Source: a virus (taxonomy: Duplodnaviria; Caudoviricetes). From it: a DNA stretch of 50,005 bases. Where the stretch lies: IMG/VR virus record IMGVR_UViG_3300028610_000159, positions 1-50,005 of that record. One strand, written 5' to 3'. This document shows, piece after piece, positions 17,049-26,911 of the stretch; position 1 is the stretch's first letter, and every line of letters begins with the position of its first letter. The notes beneath the pieces were generated by a model, which searched no databases, had not been told where the DNA came from, and saw only the letters and a list, made by a program, of their open reading frames with translations. The position numbers were made by a program, and so were the translations under genes.

Positions 17049-18791
17049 ATGGCGATATGGGACAACAAAAAGTTATTTGATAGATTGATGGACTTATTCC
17101 ACCAGCGGGAAAAGGGTTTTAATAAGTTCAATAAAGCCCGCGATAGCATAGTAGATTACTTCCGCCCTGATCTTGGCGACGAAGTAGACGCTAATGGTGA
17201 CGGTGCTTTCTTTGGTGAGAATATCTATGAGGGTACTGCGCCATGGGCTGCTGATGTTATGGCTAGAGGTTTCCAGGGTAATCTAGTCAGTCCGTCAACC
17301 GACTGGATACAATATGCAATGTTGCAAACCGAACTCAAGGACAACGATCAACTTGATATCTGGCTACAGGACGTTAAAGAACATATGTCGGACGTTTACC
17401 AGAGGAGTAATTTCTACAGTGTGTTACCACCATTCACGCTTGACGGAATAACAATTGGTTCGCCGGTGATGTTCATTGACGAGGAGGTATCTTCTGGCGT
17501 AACCAAGTTCATGCCTCAGCATTACAAGACTGTCTTCCTCTTTTACGATAAATTCAATCAACCTGACGGCGTGATAGTTAAAGATGAGACATGGACTGTC
17601 AAGCAGATATCCGATATGTTCGCACGAACTGAAGAAGAGCAGAAACTAAAACTCACAATATCAACGAATAACGCGATAAGAGAGAAGAAGTTTTATCTTG
17701 AAAGAACCGTTTACCGCGCAGCTTTCAGGGGTAATAATCAGGTGTGGGATGTGCCTGGTTTCCAAAAGCCTGACGCTGAATGGATAAGTGTTTATTTCGA
17801 GGAGAAGCCGGAAGAGGAGCGTAAGAACGATCCATTGAGAACCGAGCAGTATTTCTCAAGGCCGTTTGTTACATGGGACTTTAATAAGAAGCCGTGGGAA
17901 TCAGCGTCGAGGACTCCTGCTTTTAGTGCTATTTACGATGTACTCAGCCAGCAACAGGTAGCAAAGAACCAGCTTGAAAACATCGAACTCAAGAACCGTC
18001 CACCGCGAGCAGTGTTAGAGGATCATAGAAACGTAATAGATTTCGGCCCCGAAGGATTGACTTATGTTGATAGAAAAGATTGGGAGTTCCTCCCTAAGAT
18101 GATCGATGCGGTTGGAGATATAAGGTTAAGTAAAGAGCAGCTTGAAACTGGTGAAAAGGCTATTAAGCGGTGGTTCTTTACGGACCAATTCCTGAAGTTC
18201 ACGGATCTCACAAACACACTAAGACAACAACCTTCAGTCGATCAGAATCATCGAATCGCTGCCGAGCTTGCCGTTCAGTTGAATCCGGCAATCGGAAGTT
18301 ATACCGGGGAGTTTCTAAGATCAGTTGACAACAGAGTAGTCGACATCGAAGCAAGGGCAGGACGAGGCCCGTTTGCTCCTGATATTATGGCGAATATCAC
18401 AGATATAGTTCTGAGTAATTCCAAAGAGGAAGTAGCTTCTATTGGGGTTGTACCAGTATTTATAGGGCCGCTAGCCAGAGAACAAAGGACTCAGCAGGAA
18501 CTTGATCCGATACTGACAGCTATGAGTGTGTTGCAACCTGTCTTTGAGCTATACCCTGATCTCAAAAACGCGATAAGGGAATACGGAACGCTTGAGGATA
18601 TTATCAAGGCCGTCAACTTCCCGTTAAAGAATTTGGTACCAGAAGAAGAATACAATACCATAATCAAGGGGTTAAATGAGCTAAGGGCACAACAACAGCA
18701 ACAGCAACTTGCCCTTGAAATGGCAAAGGCCTCTCCGAGCGTATCGGGTCCGGTAGACGAAACAAGTGTTTTAGCTAATGTAGGAGGTTAG
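17049..18791 (+). CDS. Portal (head-tail connector), T7/BPP-1 type
   Basis: IYEGTAPWA...SPSTDW...QRSNFY...FIGPLAREQ; 580 aa; position. Confidence 0.88.
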   Translation: MAIWDNKKLFDRLMDLFHQREKGFNKFNKARDSIVDYFRPDLGDEVDANGDGAFFGENIYEGTAPWAADVMARGFQGNLVSPSTDWIQYAMLQTELKDNDQLDIWLQDVKEHMSDVYQRSNFYSVLPPFTLDGITIGSPVMFIDEEVSSGVTKFMPQHYKTVFLFYDKFNQPDGVIVKDETWTVKQISDMFARTEEEQKLKLTISTNNAIREKKFYLERTVYRAAFRGNNQVWDVPGFQKPDAEWISVYFEEKPEEERKNDPLRTEQYFSRPFVTWDFNKKPWESASRTPAFSAIYDVLSQQQVAKNQLENIELKNRPPRAVLEDHRNVIDFGPEGLTYVDRKDWEFLPKMIDAVGDIRLSKEQLETGEKAIKRWFFTDQFLKFTDLTNTLRQQPSVDQNHRIAAELAVQLNPAIGSYTGEFLRSVDNRVVDIEARAGRGPFAPDIMANITDIVLSNSKEEVASIGVVPVFIGPLAREQRTQQELDPILTAMSVLQPVFELYPDLKNAIREYGTLEDIIKAVNFPLKNLVPEEEYNTIIKGLNELRAQQQQQQLALEMAKASPSVSGPVDETSVLANVGG

Positions 18792-18793
18792 CA

Positions 18794-18889
18794 ATGCCAC
18801 ATAAAGGAACAAAGCCGTACAAAGGTTCCAGTAACAAGGGAAACAAAGGAAGCACGGGCCACAAGCGGAAGAAGACGAGGCGTAAGTAA
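18794..18889 (+). CDS. Highly basic 31-aa peptide (not in ORF track)
   Basis: GGAGG RBS; MPHKGTKPYKGSSNKGNKGSTGHKRKKTRRK; TAATG coupling. Confidence 0.65.
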   Translation: MPHKGTKPYKGSSNKGNKGSTGHKRKKTRRK

Positions 18890-19113
18890 TGGCGAAAAAG
18901 CAATTAACACAAGCAGGAATAAACCGATGTATCTGGGCTATGCTGAAACAGTTGGGCGGTAAGTTCGTTATCTCTGAGCGAGAAGTTGAACGAACCAACA
19001 CAGAAGATGCGATAAGGATAGATCACGATCCGTCTATACAGACGTTCACCCTGTCGATCCATAAGATCAAGAACAAAAAAGACTCTCTTATAATCCAGTC
19101 GAGGATGAACTAA
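18889..19113 (+). CDS. Hypothetical protein
   Basis: TAATG coupling at both ends. Confidence 0.6.
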   Translation: MAKKQLTQAGINRCIWAMLKQLGGKFVISEREVERTNTEDAIRIDHDPSIQTFTLSIHKIKNKKDSLIIQSRMN

Positions 19114-19376
19114 TGCCAGATGACAGGCCATTAGCAGATGCGTACAGGCGGGCAGGTAACGATTTCCTTGCCCAGAGGCTTGAGGGTTTGTTTCGGGTAT
19201 TAAAAACCCCGGAGGATGTTGCATTGCATAACTCGATCCAGGAAGAGGTTATGAAACTGGTTGCAGGTGAGCCATTGAAGTTTTACAGGTTAATCGCTTA
19301 TGAGCTTTTAGAGAAGAAAATGGTTAGACGGACTTTCAGGAAGATAGTCGCTGAAGCTATATTTGGAGCAAGATAA
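19113..19376 (+). CDS. Hypothetical protein (Bbp19-like position)
   Basis: Coupled ORF after the portal; TPEDVALHN. Confidence 0.55.
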   Translation: MPDDRPLADAYRRAGNDFLAQRLEGLFRVLKTPEDVALHNSIQEEVMKLVAGEPLKFYRLIAYELLEKKMVRRTFRKIVAEAIFGAR

Positions 19377-19642
19377 TGGGAAATGCCGCAGTAAAAAATG
19401 AAACTGTTAGTATTACGGTTATGGAATGTATTTCGAGAGTGAAGAAATCAGATATACGAAAGGCGTTCAACAGCTATGACTTTAGAATGCGAGCAGATGG
19501 AAAGAATCTCTTAGAGATTATATGTGCTATACAAAGTATGGGTCAGGAAAATGGCAAAATCACCATCACAGACAAAGGACTTGTCTATGTGGAAGGTGGG
19601 GAAGATGAGTTTCACACTTGGATAGAAGTGGAAGTGTTGTAA
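19376..19642 (+). CDS. Hypothetical protein
   Basis: Coupled ORF. Confidence 0.55.
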   Translation: MGNAAVKNETVSITVMECISRVKKSDIRKAFNSYDFRMRADGKNLLEIICAIQSMGQENGKITITDKGLVYVEGGEDEFHTWIEVEVL

Positions 19643-19805
19643 TGAGAACTGGTTTACCAAACGTATTCAGGGGACAAGAAGCTGAGAAATTGGCTAATGC
19701 ACTGGGAGAGAAAAACGAGAGTCAGTTAATTGTTAGAGATATGTTGATTATAAGACACCTGATGCTTCGCAATGAACAAAGATGTAGAAAAGCAGGTGTG
19801 TCCTA

Positions 19806-20003
19806 ATGGCTGACAACGGGCTGAGTAAAAAAGTATGTATAGCCGCTCTTTGCATTGATAAGATAGCTTTTCTTGGAGTGGATGCGGAAAATAAAATACC
19901 GTACATTGTTTGTATTTTAATAGTATGTGTTATCTATAAAACAGCAAGAACAATAAGCGATTTAAGAAAAGGAGCCAATAATGGCAAGAATGAAGAAAGC
20001 TGA
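19806..20003 (+). CDS. Small membrane protein, possible holin
   Basis: Two hydrophobic segments and a charged C-terminus. Confidence 0.4.
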   Translation: MADNGLSKKVCIAALCIDKIAFLGVDAENKIPYIVCILIVCVIYKTARTISDLRKGANNGKNEES

Positions 20004-20331
20004 TGTAATTTTAGCGTTGACAGAGCAGTGCGTCGATATCCCAGAAGGCATGGGGTACAATGATTTGTGCAAGTTGCTGAAAGCCCACATGGACGGAGAT
20101 ACTCCGACTGATGCAGCCCCAACCAGAACGATCAAGCTCACGAACAAAATCCCTAAACGGAATATGTTCCTGGCTGACGCAGTTCGTAACGAGAGAGATA
20201 CGGAAGTTTTGAATCAAGAGTTGCGCAAGCGTGAGCATAAGGGTAAAGTTCTCAGGACTACGACTGTCAAAGAGTATGAAGTGATCGACGGGCACTGGGT
20301 AACTAATTTTGTTATTGAATTGAAGGAATAG
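19981..20331 (+). CDS. Hypothetical protein
   Basis: AAGGAG RBS. Confidence 0.6.
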   Translation: MARMKKADVILALTEQCVDIPEGMGYNDLCKLLKAHMDGDTPTDAAPTRTIKLTNKIPKRNMFLADAVRNERDTEVLNQELRKREHKGKVLRTTTVKEYEVIDGHWVTNFVIELKE

Positions 20332-20335
20332 TTTT

Positions 20336-21172
20336 ATGGCATGGAGTGAAGATTTTCAGAATGAAGCGATCACGGACGATAACCGTGAAGCGTTCACTAC
20401 GTTTGCAAATAAATACGATAGCCCGGAAGCTGCTATTGTTGGAGGATTCAATGCGCAAAAGGCCATCGGCGCACCTTTCAAGCTCCCTGAGTCGCTGGAG
20501 AAGTTATCAGACGATGCGATGAGGGCTGACTTTACATCGAAGTCAAACCAGTTATTTGGCAGAGAGTTTGCAGGTGACGTAAAGGATTTGGATAGCCTCG
20601 ATTTGAAGATGGGCGCTGCTGAGGGATCGCAGACAGACGAAACACTCGCCAACGCATTCAAACAGTTTGTTGTAGACAAAAAGATTGCTAAGGCAGACGC
20701 ACAGGAGATGCTTGGTTTCCACAACAAGTTTATGGGCGAAGCGAATGCTGCCGCTGCCGAGAAACAGGAAACCGATAGAGAAGCCACGGCTAAAAAAGTC
20801 AACGATGAGCTGGTTGTGCATTTTGGCAGTATTGAAGAAGTTACCAAACAATCAGATCTGTTCAAAAGGGCGATACGAAATCACGTTGGCTTGACTAACG
20901 ACGAAGCTGAGGAATTCGCCGATGCGATGATAGATGCCGGGATAACACGGAATGCTGTCATGGCAAGGGTGATGCTGAAACAGTTCGCTCCGCTAGCTGC
21001 TGAGGGTTCTACTGACGGCGGTGACGGAACAAAAGGTGACGGAACAAAAGGGCCATCTCCTTACGAATTCAAGAAACAGCTACACCCCAAATCCGACGAT
21101 CTCTGGGGTAAGCCCACCGATACATGGGAAAACGAAGGCATTGAAATGAGAAAACGAGCAGGCATTAAATAA
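20336..21172 (+). CDS. Capsid scaffolding protein
   Basis: Acidic and helical; immediately before the MCP. Confidence 0.75.
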   Translation: MAWSEDFQNEAITDDNREAFTTFANKYDSPEAAIVGGFNAQKAIGAPFKLPESLEKLSDDAMRADFTSKSNQLFGREFAGDVKDLDSLDLKMGAAEGSQTDETLANAFKQFVVDKKIAKADAQEMLGFHNKFMGEANAAAAEKQETDREATAKKVNDELVVHFGSIEEVTKQSDLFKRAIRNHVGLTNDEAEEFADAMIDAGITRNAVMARVMLKQFAPLAAEGSTDGGDGTKGDGTKGPSPYEFKKQLHPKSDDLWGKPTDTWENEGIEMRKRAGIK

Positions 21173-21340
21173 CGCCCTGAAAGGGATACCGTAGATATGA
21201 AAAAAGATTAGACACTCTAACTATGGTTGGACCTAATTGACCGCCTTGAAAGCAAGGTGACGAGCACAGTCTGTTGTGTAAGGCAGAGCCTCGAAAGAGA
21301 TACCTCTCCGAAATTAAAAATTAACTTAATTACGGAGTAT
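21172..21340 (+). promoter_or_regulatory. Structured MCP leader with repeated internal-loop hairpins and a sequestered RBS
   Basis: Three stems with a C/AYAC internal loop; ctccgaaattaa/ttaattacggag hairpin covers the RBS. Confidence 0.6.
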
Positions 21341-21344
21341 TGAA

Positions 21345-22355
21345 ATGAGTCAATTAGGCTTAGACACAAGGTACAATCTGATCGACAATTTGAAACTGGT
21401 CCAGAACGGCCAATTTGTTCCGTGGGCGGAAGTGCTTACGGAAAACAATCCCTTCCTGTTCGACCTTGCGATGGTAGCTGCTAACGGTATACTATCCAAT
21501 GAAGGTTCGCGGGAAACATCCTTACCCACGCCCCAGATCATTAAGGTCGGTGACGGACATGATTCCAGTACAGTCCGATGGGATAAGTACAAAGATAATA
21601 TCAGCATCTTTACAGATCGTGCTGATATCCCAAAACACGTCCTCGATCTGCAACCGGACAAAGCTGCGTATCGTGCCAAAGTTGAAGATCGGCACATGGA
21701 AGGCTTTGGCCAGGGCGTAACGAACCATTTCTTCTACGGAACTTCTGTTGGAACACCTGAGAAGTTTGACGGACTCGGAGTACGTTACAGCGTCCCCGAT
21801 TCGACTGATCCCACGAACCCGTCAAGTGCAAGTGCGGACCCGTTCGTATTTGACGCTGGTGGCAGCGGTTCAGATACAATGTCGATTTTCCTCATTCAGC
21901 ATGGACTCGATAAAGTAAAGGGTATAACCCCCATAAACGATCCTATGATGGGTATCAGTAAGGAAGATTCCGGGCTGGTTTACGTCACTGCCGAAAACTC
22001 GAAAGAAAGACAGGATTGGCGTACAGAATTCGAGTGGAAAATCGGTCTTGAAGTAGTCGATATGCGAGCGGTTGCACGTATCAGGAATATCGAAACCTCT
22101 CTTGCTAGTCTGGATACAGGTTTCTTGCAGTTGATATTCCAGGCGGAACAGGAAGTATTCAAGGGAGCTGAGCAGATATTTGCTTATGTCCCCAAGAGAC
22201 TGATGACGTTCCTGCAAGTAATGGCAGAGGCCAAGCAGAATGTTACGTATGACACGAACAACATTTACGGCATTCCACTTTTCCGTATCGGCAAGATTCT
22301 TCTTCGTCCGATGGATGCTTTAACAATAACCGAGACCGCAGTTGCGGCAGTTTAA
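21345..22355 (+). CDS. Major capsid protein (BPP-1 Bbp17-like, HK97 fold)
   Basis: EVLTENNPFLFDL...RETSLP...HMEGFGQ...FFYG...PEKFDGL..RY...AVARIRNI...MDALTITE. Confidence 0.9.
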   Translation: MSQLGLDTRYNLIDNLKLVQNGQFVPWAEVLTENNPFLFDLAMVAANGILSNEGSRETSLPTPQIIKVGDGHDSSTVRWDKYKDNISIFTDRADIPKHVLDLQPDKAAYRAKVEDRHMEGFGQGVTNHFFYGTSVGTPEKFDGLGVRYSVPDSTDPTNPSSASADPFVFDAGGSGSDTMSIFLIQHGLDKVKGITPINDPMMGISKEDSGLVYVTAENSKERQDWRTEFEWKIGLEVVDMRAVARIRNIETSLASLDTGFLQLIFQAEQEVFKGAEQIFAYVPKRLMTFLQVMAEAKQNVTYDTNNIYGIPLFRIGKILLRPMDALTITETAVAAV

Positions 22356-22370
22356 GAAAGGGGTACTCTT

Positions 22371-22871
22371 ATGGGTGCACACGAAAATTTAGGCGTATTT
22401 AGCGACGATCAGGATATTTCTGCCGACAATACTGCGTCTACTAATACAATCGATTTGGCTCAGCCAAACGCTCCGAGAATGGGCGTAGGGCAACATGCTC
22501 CACTTCTTTGTATTCGTACTAACAATATCGATAACCTTGCTGCGTCGAATGACACTTTGTCTATCGAATTGCAGGCAGATGACGACGACGGTGCAGGTGA
22601 TCCAACAGGTACATGGACTCATGTTGTTATGATGCCGCTTGTGGGCGTTAATGGCGCTGAGGTTAATCAGAGCGATGCGAGACTTGCAACAGCAGGTGCA
22701 TGGATATTCAGAGGGCAATTGCCTTATGATCTGAAATTCCGTCACATCCGGTTGATGTACAGGAATACAACATCTGTCGGCACGTTCGCTATCGACGCAT
22801 GGCTTGAAGATGGCCCGGCTTCTGATTTCAGAGGAAGTCAGGTAATCAAAAGCAATGTCGGTAATCCGTAA
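22371..22871 (+). CDS. Capsid cement/decoration protein (Bbp16-like)
   Basis: FSDDQDI...STNTIDL...RHIRLMY..GTFAIDAWL; directly after the MCP. Confidence 0.75.
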   Translation: MGAHENLGVFSDDQDISADNTASTNTIDLAQPNAPRMGVGQHAPLLCIRTNNIDNLAASNDTLSIELQADDDDGAGDPTGTWTHVVMMPLVGVNGAEVNQSDARLATAGAWIFRGQLPYDLKFRHIRLMYRNTTSVGTFAIDAWLEDGPASDFRGSQVIKSNVGNP

Positions 22872-22877
22872 CAATGA

Positions 22878-22904
22878 GCAGGGGTCCGCCCCTGCATTTT
22901 ATTT
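22878..22904 (+). terminator. Intrinsic terminator after the capsid genes
   Basis: gcagggg/cccctgc followed by attttattt. Confidence 0.7.
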
Positions 22905-22917
22905 AAGGAGTTTCAAA

Positions 22918-25266
22918 ATGAAGAAGTATATTGTAATAATGCTCCTGCTGATTACGATGCAGGCGCAGGCTACTTTTACAGCCCAGAATTATCTGGACAA
23001 AAAGACATACTTAGGATCGGGCAATAAACTGCTTGACCCATTGTATTTGCATATCGTAGATGCGCAAGCAGCCGATACTGTAGGTAAGCCGTTCTTCTAC
23101 TACATACCGTCAACGGCACCAGATGAGATAGAAGGATATCTCTACTACAGTTCTAATCTGGATGCGCTTGTTCTTAGGACTGCAAGTGAATGGGTAACTC
23201 TTGAAGCAGGCGGCGACTTTGCGTCGCTTGACGAAGCTTATAATGGCGGTAATGCTATTGACGTGGATGGCAGCGCAGTAACCATGACTGTCAGTCTCGG
23301 TGATAATAACGCCGGGTTACTTGTTGCCCAGAACGATTCTACTAACGATCCGGACGCTATGAATATCACAAGTGCTGCCGATGCCGGTACAGCCGTAGGT
23401 TTGCAGATAGATTGTACCGCAGGGTTTGATATCCAGGGCACAAGTGACTCGTGGAGCGTTTCCATTGCAGGCTTGTTCGACGGCGAAGGATTAACCGGTG
23501 TTACGAACTCGCAAGGTATTCTGTTCGACGGTGACAACGAGATTCAGTTCGGAGATAACTCAGAAGATGTTGCAATGAATTTCTCCGGATCGAATGTTAT
23601 AACGTGGACAACCGATACATCCGTTAATACGATGGCTTTTGGTGATGTAGACGCTTTGACTCAGATTGGCACGATTGCCTTCGATGCTGCTGCTGCATCA
23701 ATTACTCTTACTGCTGATGCAGGTACAGAAGATTTGACAATCAATCAGGCCGGGGCCGTAGATGCAAGTCTTATTCTTACATCTGCCGGGACATCGACAA
23801 CAGACGCGTTGATTATCACTTCGGTTACTGGTAGTACGAAGATCGATTCTGCTGACAATCTTGATATCGATGCTGCCGATGACATCACTATTGACACCGC
23901 AGGCGGATCGATTACCACTACTCTTGTTGGTGGTGATTTTGCTTTAGACGCCACAAACGCTTCTGTTCACTTAGATGCTGGCGAAGCTGTTACCGACGCT
24001 ATCAATATCGACGCTGCTGCCGGCGGCCTTGATGTAGATGTAGCTCTGAGTATATCTCTGACTTCTACAGAAAACACTGTAGATGCTATAGAGATAGTCG
24101 CGTCTGCTGGTGGTATTGATATTACAGCGGCAGGTGCAGCTACTGAGGATATTGACATTGCCAATGCAGCAGGTTCGGTAAATATCACTGCCGGCGAGGA
24201 CCATGCCGCTGCGATTGTAATTACGGAAGACGGTGGTGTGAGTGGCGGTATCAATATCTACGCCGATCAAGGCACTGGCGCATCAGCTACTACAGAACAC
24301 GATGCGTCCGTTCAGTTACATTCTGACGACGGTGGTATTGGTCTCTACACAACTGCCAATCTTTCTGATGCTATCAGGATAGAAACTAACGGCGGAGTGG
24401 ATGAGTTTATCACAATCAACAATCTTCAGGGAACCGGGGCAGATGCAATAACTATTGCTGCAAACGCTGCCGGAGGCGACGTAAATATCGACTCTGTTCT
24501 GGGTAGGATTGAGATAGAGGCGGAAGAAGATGTTGCCAATGCAATACTTATTGACGTTGATGGTGGTAATTCAACTACGATGTCGTTGATAGCAACAACA
24601 GGGACATCCGTTACCGAAGAGGCTGCTGCGATAACGCTGTGGTCTAAAGCCGGTGGTATCAACCTCCAAGCAGACGGGGACCTTGACGATGCAATTGTTA
24701 TCAGAGCTGACGGTGGAACAACTGCCGAGATCACTGTAACTAACGATCAGGGAACGGCGGTTGATTCTATTGAATTGCTTTCCGCGGCTGGTGGAGTCAC
24801 TATAAACGCCGCCAAGCCGGTAAGAGTAACTAATGCGTTTGAGTTGGATGTTGTCGTTGTGCCCGATGCTTCTCCGTACACTGTGCTCGCTAATAACTCT
24901 GGGCAGATGCACTTTATCCCAGACTTGGGGCAGGACACTACGTTCAATCTGCCGGCAGAACTTGACGGCCTTCACTATACATTCATGTATATTGGTGCTG
25001 CTGCTGATGCCCAGGATTGGATTATCACTTCCGGCGATGATACCGAACAATTTGTCGGTGGTGTAGTTCAGCATGATCCAGATGCCGGTGGCGATGATAC
25101 TACGGTGTATTACTCTGACGGTAACAGTAACTCGATATTGGGAGTTCTGACGCCAGAGGCCGGTACCAAGATCGAAATTTGGTACGATCTTGCAACTACA
25201 AGTTGGTACATAAACGGAACTGCGATAACTGCTACAGATACGGGTGTTACGTTTGCTGACCAATAA
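22918..25266 (+). CDS. Acidic repetitive fibre/spike protein with signal peptide
   Basis: AAGGAG RBS; MKKYIVIMLLLITMQAQA; repeats of the DAIxIxAxxGGIxI type. Confidence 0.75.
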   Translation: MKKYIVIMLLLITMQAQATFTAQNYLDKKTYLGSGNKLLDPLYLHIVDAQAADTVGKPFFYYIPSTAPDEIEGYLYYSSNLDALVLRTASEWVTLEAGGDFASLDEAYNGGNAIDVDGSAVTMTVSLGDNNAGLLVAQNDSTNDPDAMNITSAADAGTAVGLQIDCTAGFDIQGTSDSWSVSIAGLFDGEGLTGVTNSQGILFDGDNEIQFGDNSEDVAMNFSGSNVITWTTDTSVNTMAFGDVDALTQIGTIAFDAAAASITLTADAGTEDLTINQAGAVDASLILTSAGTSTTDALIITSVTGSTKIDSADNLDIDAADDITIDTAGGSITTTLVGGDFALDATNASVHLDAGEAVTDAINIDAAAGGLDVDVALSISLTSTENTVDAIEIVASAGGIDITAAGAATEDIDIANAAGSVNITAGEDHAAAIVITEDGGVSGGINIYADQGTGASATTEHDASVQLHSDDGGIGLYTTANLSDAIRIETNGGVDEFITINNLQGTGADAITIAANAAGGDVNIDSVLGRIEIEAEEDVANAILIDVDGGNSTTMSLIATTGTSVTEEAAAITLWSKAGGINLQADGDLDDAIVIRADGGTTAEITVTNDQGTAVDSIELLSAAGGVTINAAKPVRVTNAFELDVVVVPDASPYTVLANNSGQMHFIPDLGQDTTFNLPAELDGLHYTFMYIGAAADAQDWIITSGDDTEQFVGGVVQHDPDAGGDDTTVYYSDGNSNSILGVLTPEAGTKIEIWYDLATTSWYINGTAITATDTGVTFADQ

Positions 25267-25272
25267 CATAAC

Positions 25273-25301
25273 GGGGTGGGTTTCGGCTCACCCCCTTTTT
25301 T
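25273..25301 (+). terminator. Intrinsic terminator
   Basis: ggggtggg/ctcacccc followed by a T-tract. Confidence 0.75.
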
Positions 25302-25311
25302 GGAGAATATA

Positions 25312-26175
25312 ATGCGAAAAATACTTTGCTTTTTAATATTAACGTCGGCCTGTTTAGCTCAGTCAACCACTATTGTCCCAACAATAGAAGGTGACGTTCT
25401 CCACACGATACAGAATGCGTGGAGGATCGCCGACTCAACGACAGCGGCAGGTGACGAACCGTCGGCTCTTGGTGTTGACGAGATGACAAAGCTTGCAGTT
25501 GACGCTATAATAGCGGCAGATTCAAGTGGTGACGGTGAGATTTCCATATTCCCGATACCGTCAAAATGGAACGCTATGCGTTTCAGGGGTGCGAGCGTAG
25601 ACGATGAAGATGATGTAGTTCATACTCTCTATCTCGGTACATTGGGCGGGGATAGAGATTGCGATTTGGACCTTATCGGGGTTTTGACTTGGGACACTGG
25701 ACTACAACAGTCGATGTATAGCCAGATAACATTCACTGATGGCGGAACGTATGTTCCTCAAATCGGAGACACCGTAACAGGTAATACCAGTGGCGAGACT
25801 GCGGTTATTGTAGAAATTTCTGCTTTATCTTCCGGTGCATGGGCTGACGGGGATGCAGCGGGAACTATTACTTATAAATCAGATTCAGGGGCTTTCACCA
25901 ACTCGGAAACAATCTCTATCAAGAAAGCCTCTACCGTACTATCAAGCGACGCTTATACTCATGCCGCTTCTGATTTAGTAGATTTCCTATTGGCTCAGTC
26001 TGTGGTACTTTCCGGCGAAAAAACATGGTCGGCAGGGACAACGTGGAGAATAGCTTCACCGGGCAGCGACGAAGTGGCGGAAGCTAGACTTGACGTAACG
26101 GGTGCAGATATTTTGGTTGTAGTAACAACTGGCCTGACAAGTGTTGATGGTAAGTTACTTGTAAAGGGATATTAG
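25312..26175 (+). CDS. Virion structural protein with signal peptide
   Basis: GGAG RBS; MRKILCFLILTSACLA; GDTVTGNTSGETA beta-barrel-type insert. Confidence 0.7.
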   Translation: MRKILCFLILTSACLAQSTTIVPTIEGDVLHTIQNAWRIADSTTAAGDEPSALGVDEMTKLAVDAIIAADSSGDGEISIFPIPSKWNAMRFRGASVDDEDDVVHTLYLGTLGGDRDCDLDLIGVLTWDTGLQQSMYSQITFTDGGTYVPQIGDTVTGNTSGETAVIVEISALSSGAWADGDAAGTITYKSDSGAFTNSETISIKKASTVLSSDAYTHAASDLVDFLLAQSVVLSGEKTWSAGTTWRIASPGSDEVAEARLDVTGADILVVVTTGLTSVDGKLLVKGY

Positions 26176-26176
26176 T

Positions 26177-26902
26177 ATGGCTGTTTCAGAGACCGACATA
26201 GCAAATCTTGCTTTAGGTAAAATAGGCGGTGCGGGCGATGCCGTTAGCGGGAATGCTTTTATTAGTAGTATCAACGGTTCAGACAAAGTATCGTCATGGA
26301 TGAAAATATCATTCCCCAGAGTAAGGCGCAGGGTTATTAGAGATTTGGCGACCAGTCATGCTCCTTTCAGATCGACGTTGAGATTTCTTAATCTTGACGC
26401 ACAGTTAAGTTCAACTCCCGAAATTGGAAACTGGACTTATGCGTTTAATCTACCGGGTGATTGCCTTGCAGTTGTTAGTCAGTTTGACGAAGATAGCATT
26501 GCCAGGCGGAGCCAGAAGGCAGATTACGTTTCTAATGCTGCTAACATTGTTTATCAATTCGAGGAGGTAGCAAATGAAGCTGGTACTGGTAAGATACTCC
26601 TGACAGACACATTAAGTAATACCGATCAGGATGGGGCTTTCATAGAGTATGTAATTGACACCCCGAATACAGCGTCATTCTCCGAGGAAATGATTGAATG
26701 TATTGCTACATTGCTTGCTTCGGGAGTTTCTCCTGTCATTGGTAAGGACATTGAAACAAGCGATAATATGTTAGTGAAATATCGCGAAGTTGCAGTTCCA
26801 AACGCAAAGAGAGCAAATCTGTTTGATTTCAACTTCTCAGCACGGCCTATCCCAAATTACAAAGGCGGAAGATCAGAAGTTATTGTAAAAGCAGCTACAT
26901 AA
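26177..26902 (+). CDS. Tail adaptor (tail tubular protein A, gp11-like)
   Basis: SETDIANLALGKIG...WTYAFNLPGDCL...FSEEMIECIA. Confidence 0.85.
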   Translation: MAVSETDIANLALGKIGGAGDAVSGNAFISSINGSDKVSSWMKISFPRVRRRVIRDLATSHAPFRSTLRFLNLDAQLSSTPEIGNWTYAFNLPGDCLAVVSQFDEDSIARRSQKADYVSNAANIVYQFEEVANEAGTGKILLTDTLSNTDQDGAFIEYVIDTPNTASFSEEMIECIATLLASGVSPVIGKDIETSDNMLVKYREVAVPNAKRANLFDFNFSARPIPNYKGGRSEVIVKAAT

Positions 26903-26911
26903 GGATATGAT

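Noticed and set aside
21020-21049. 15-bp tandem repeat ggtgacggaacaaaa in the scaffold gene
   Set aside because: Ordinary slippage in a flexible GDGTK linker.
22353-22373. MCP stop in frame with the cement gene (read-through fusion)
   Set aside because: A one-in-three chance event; the stop is TAA and the cement gene has its own purine-rich RBS.
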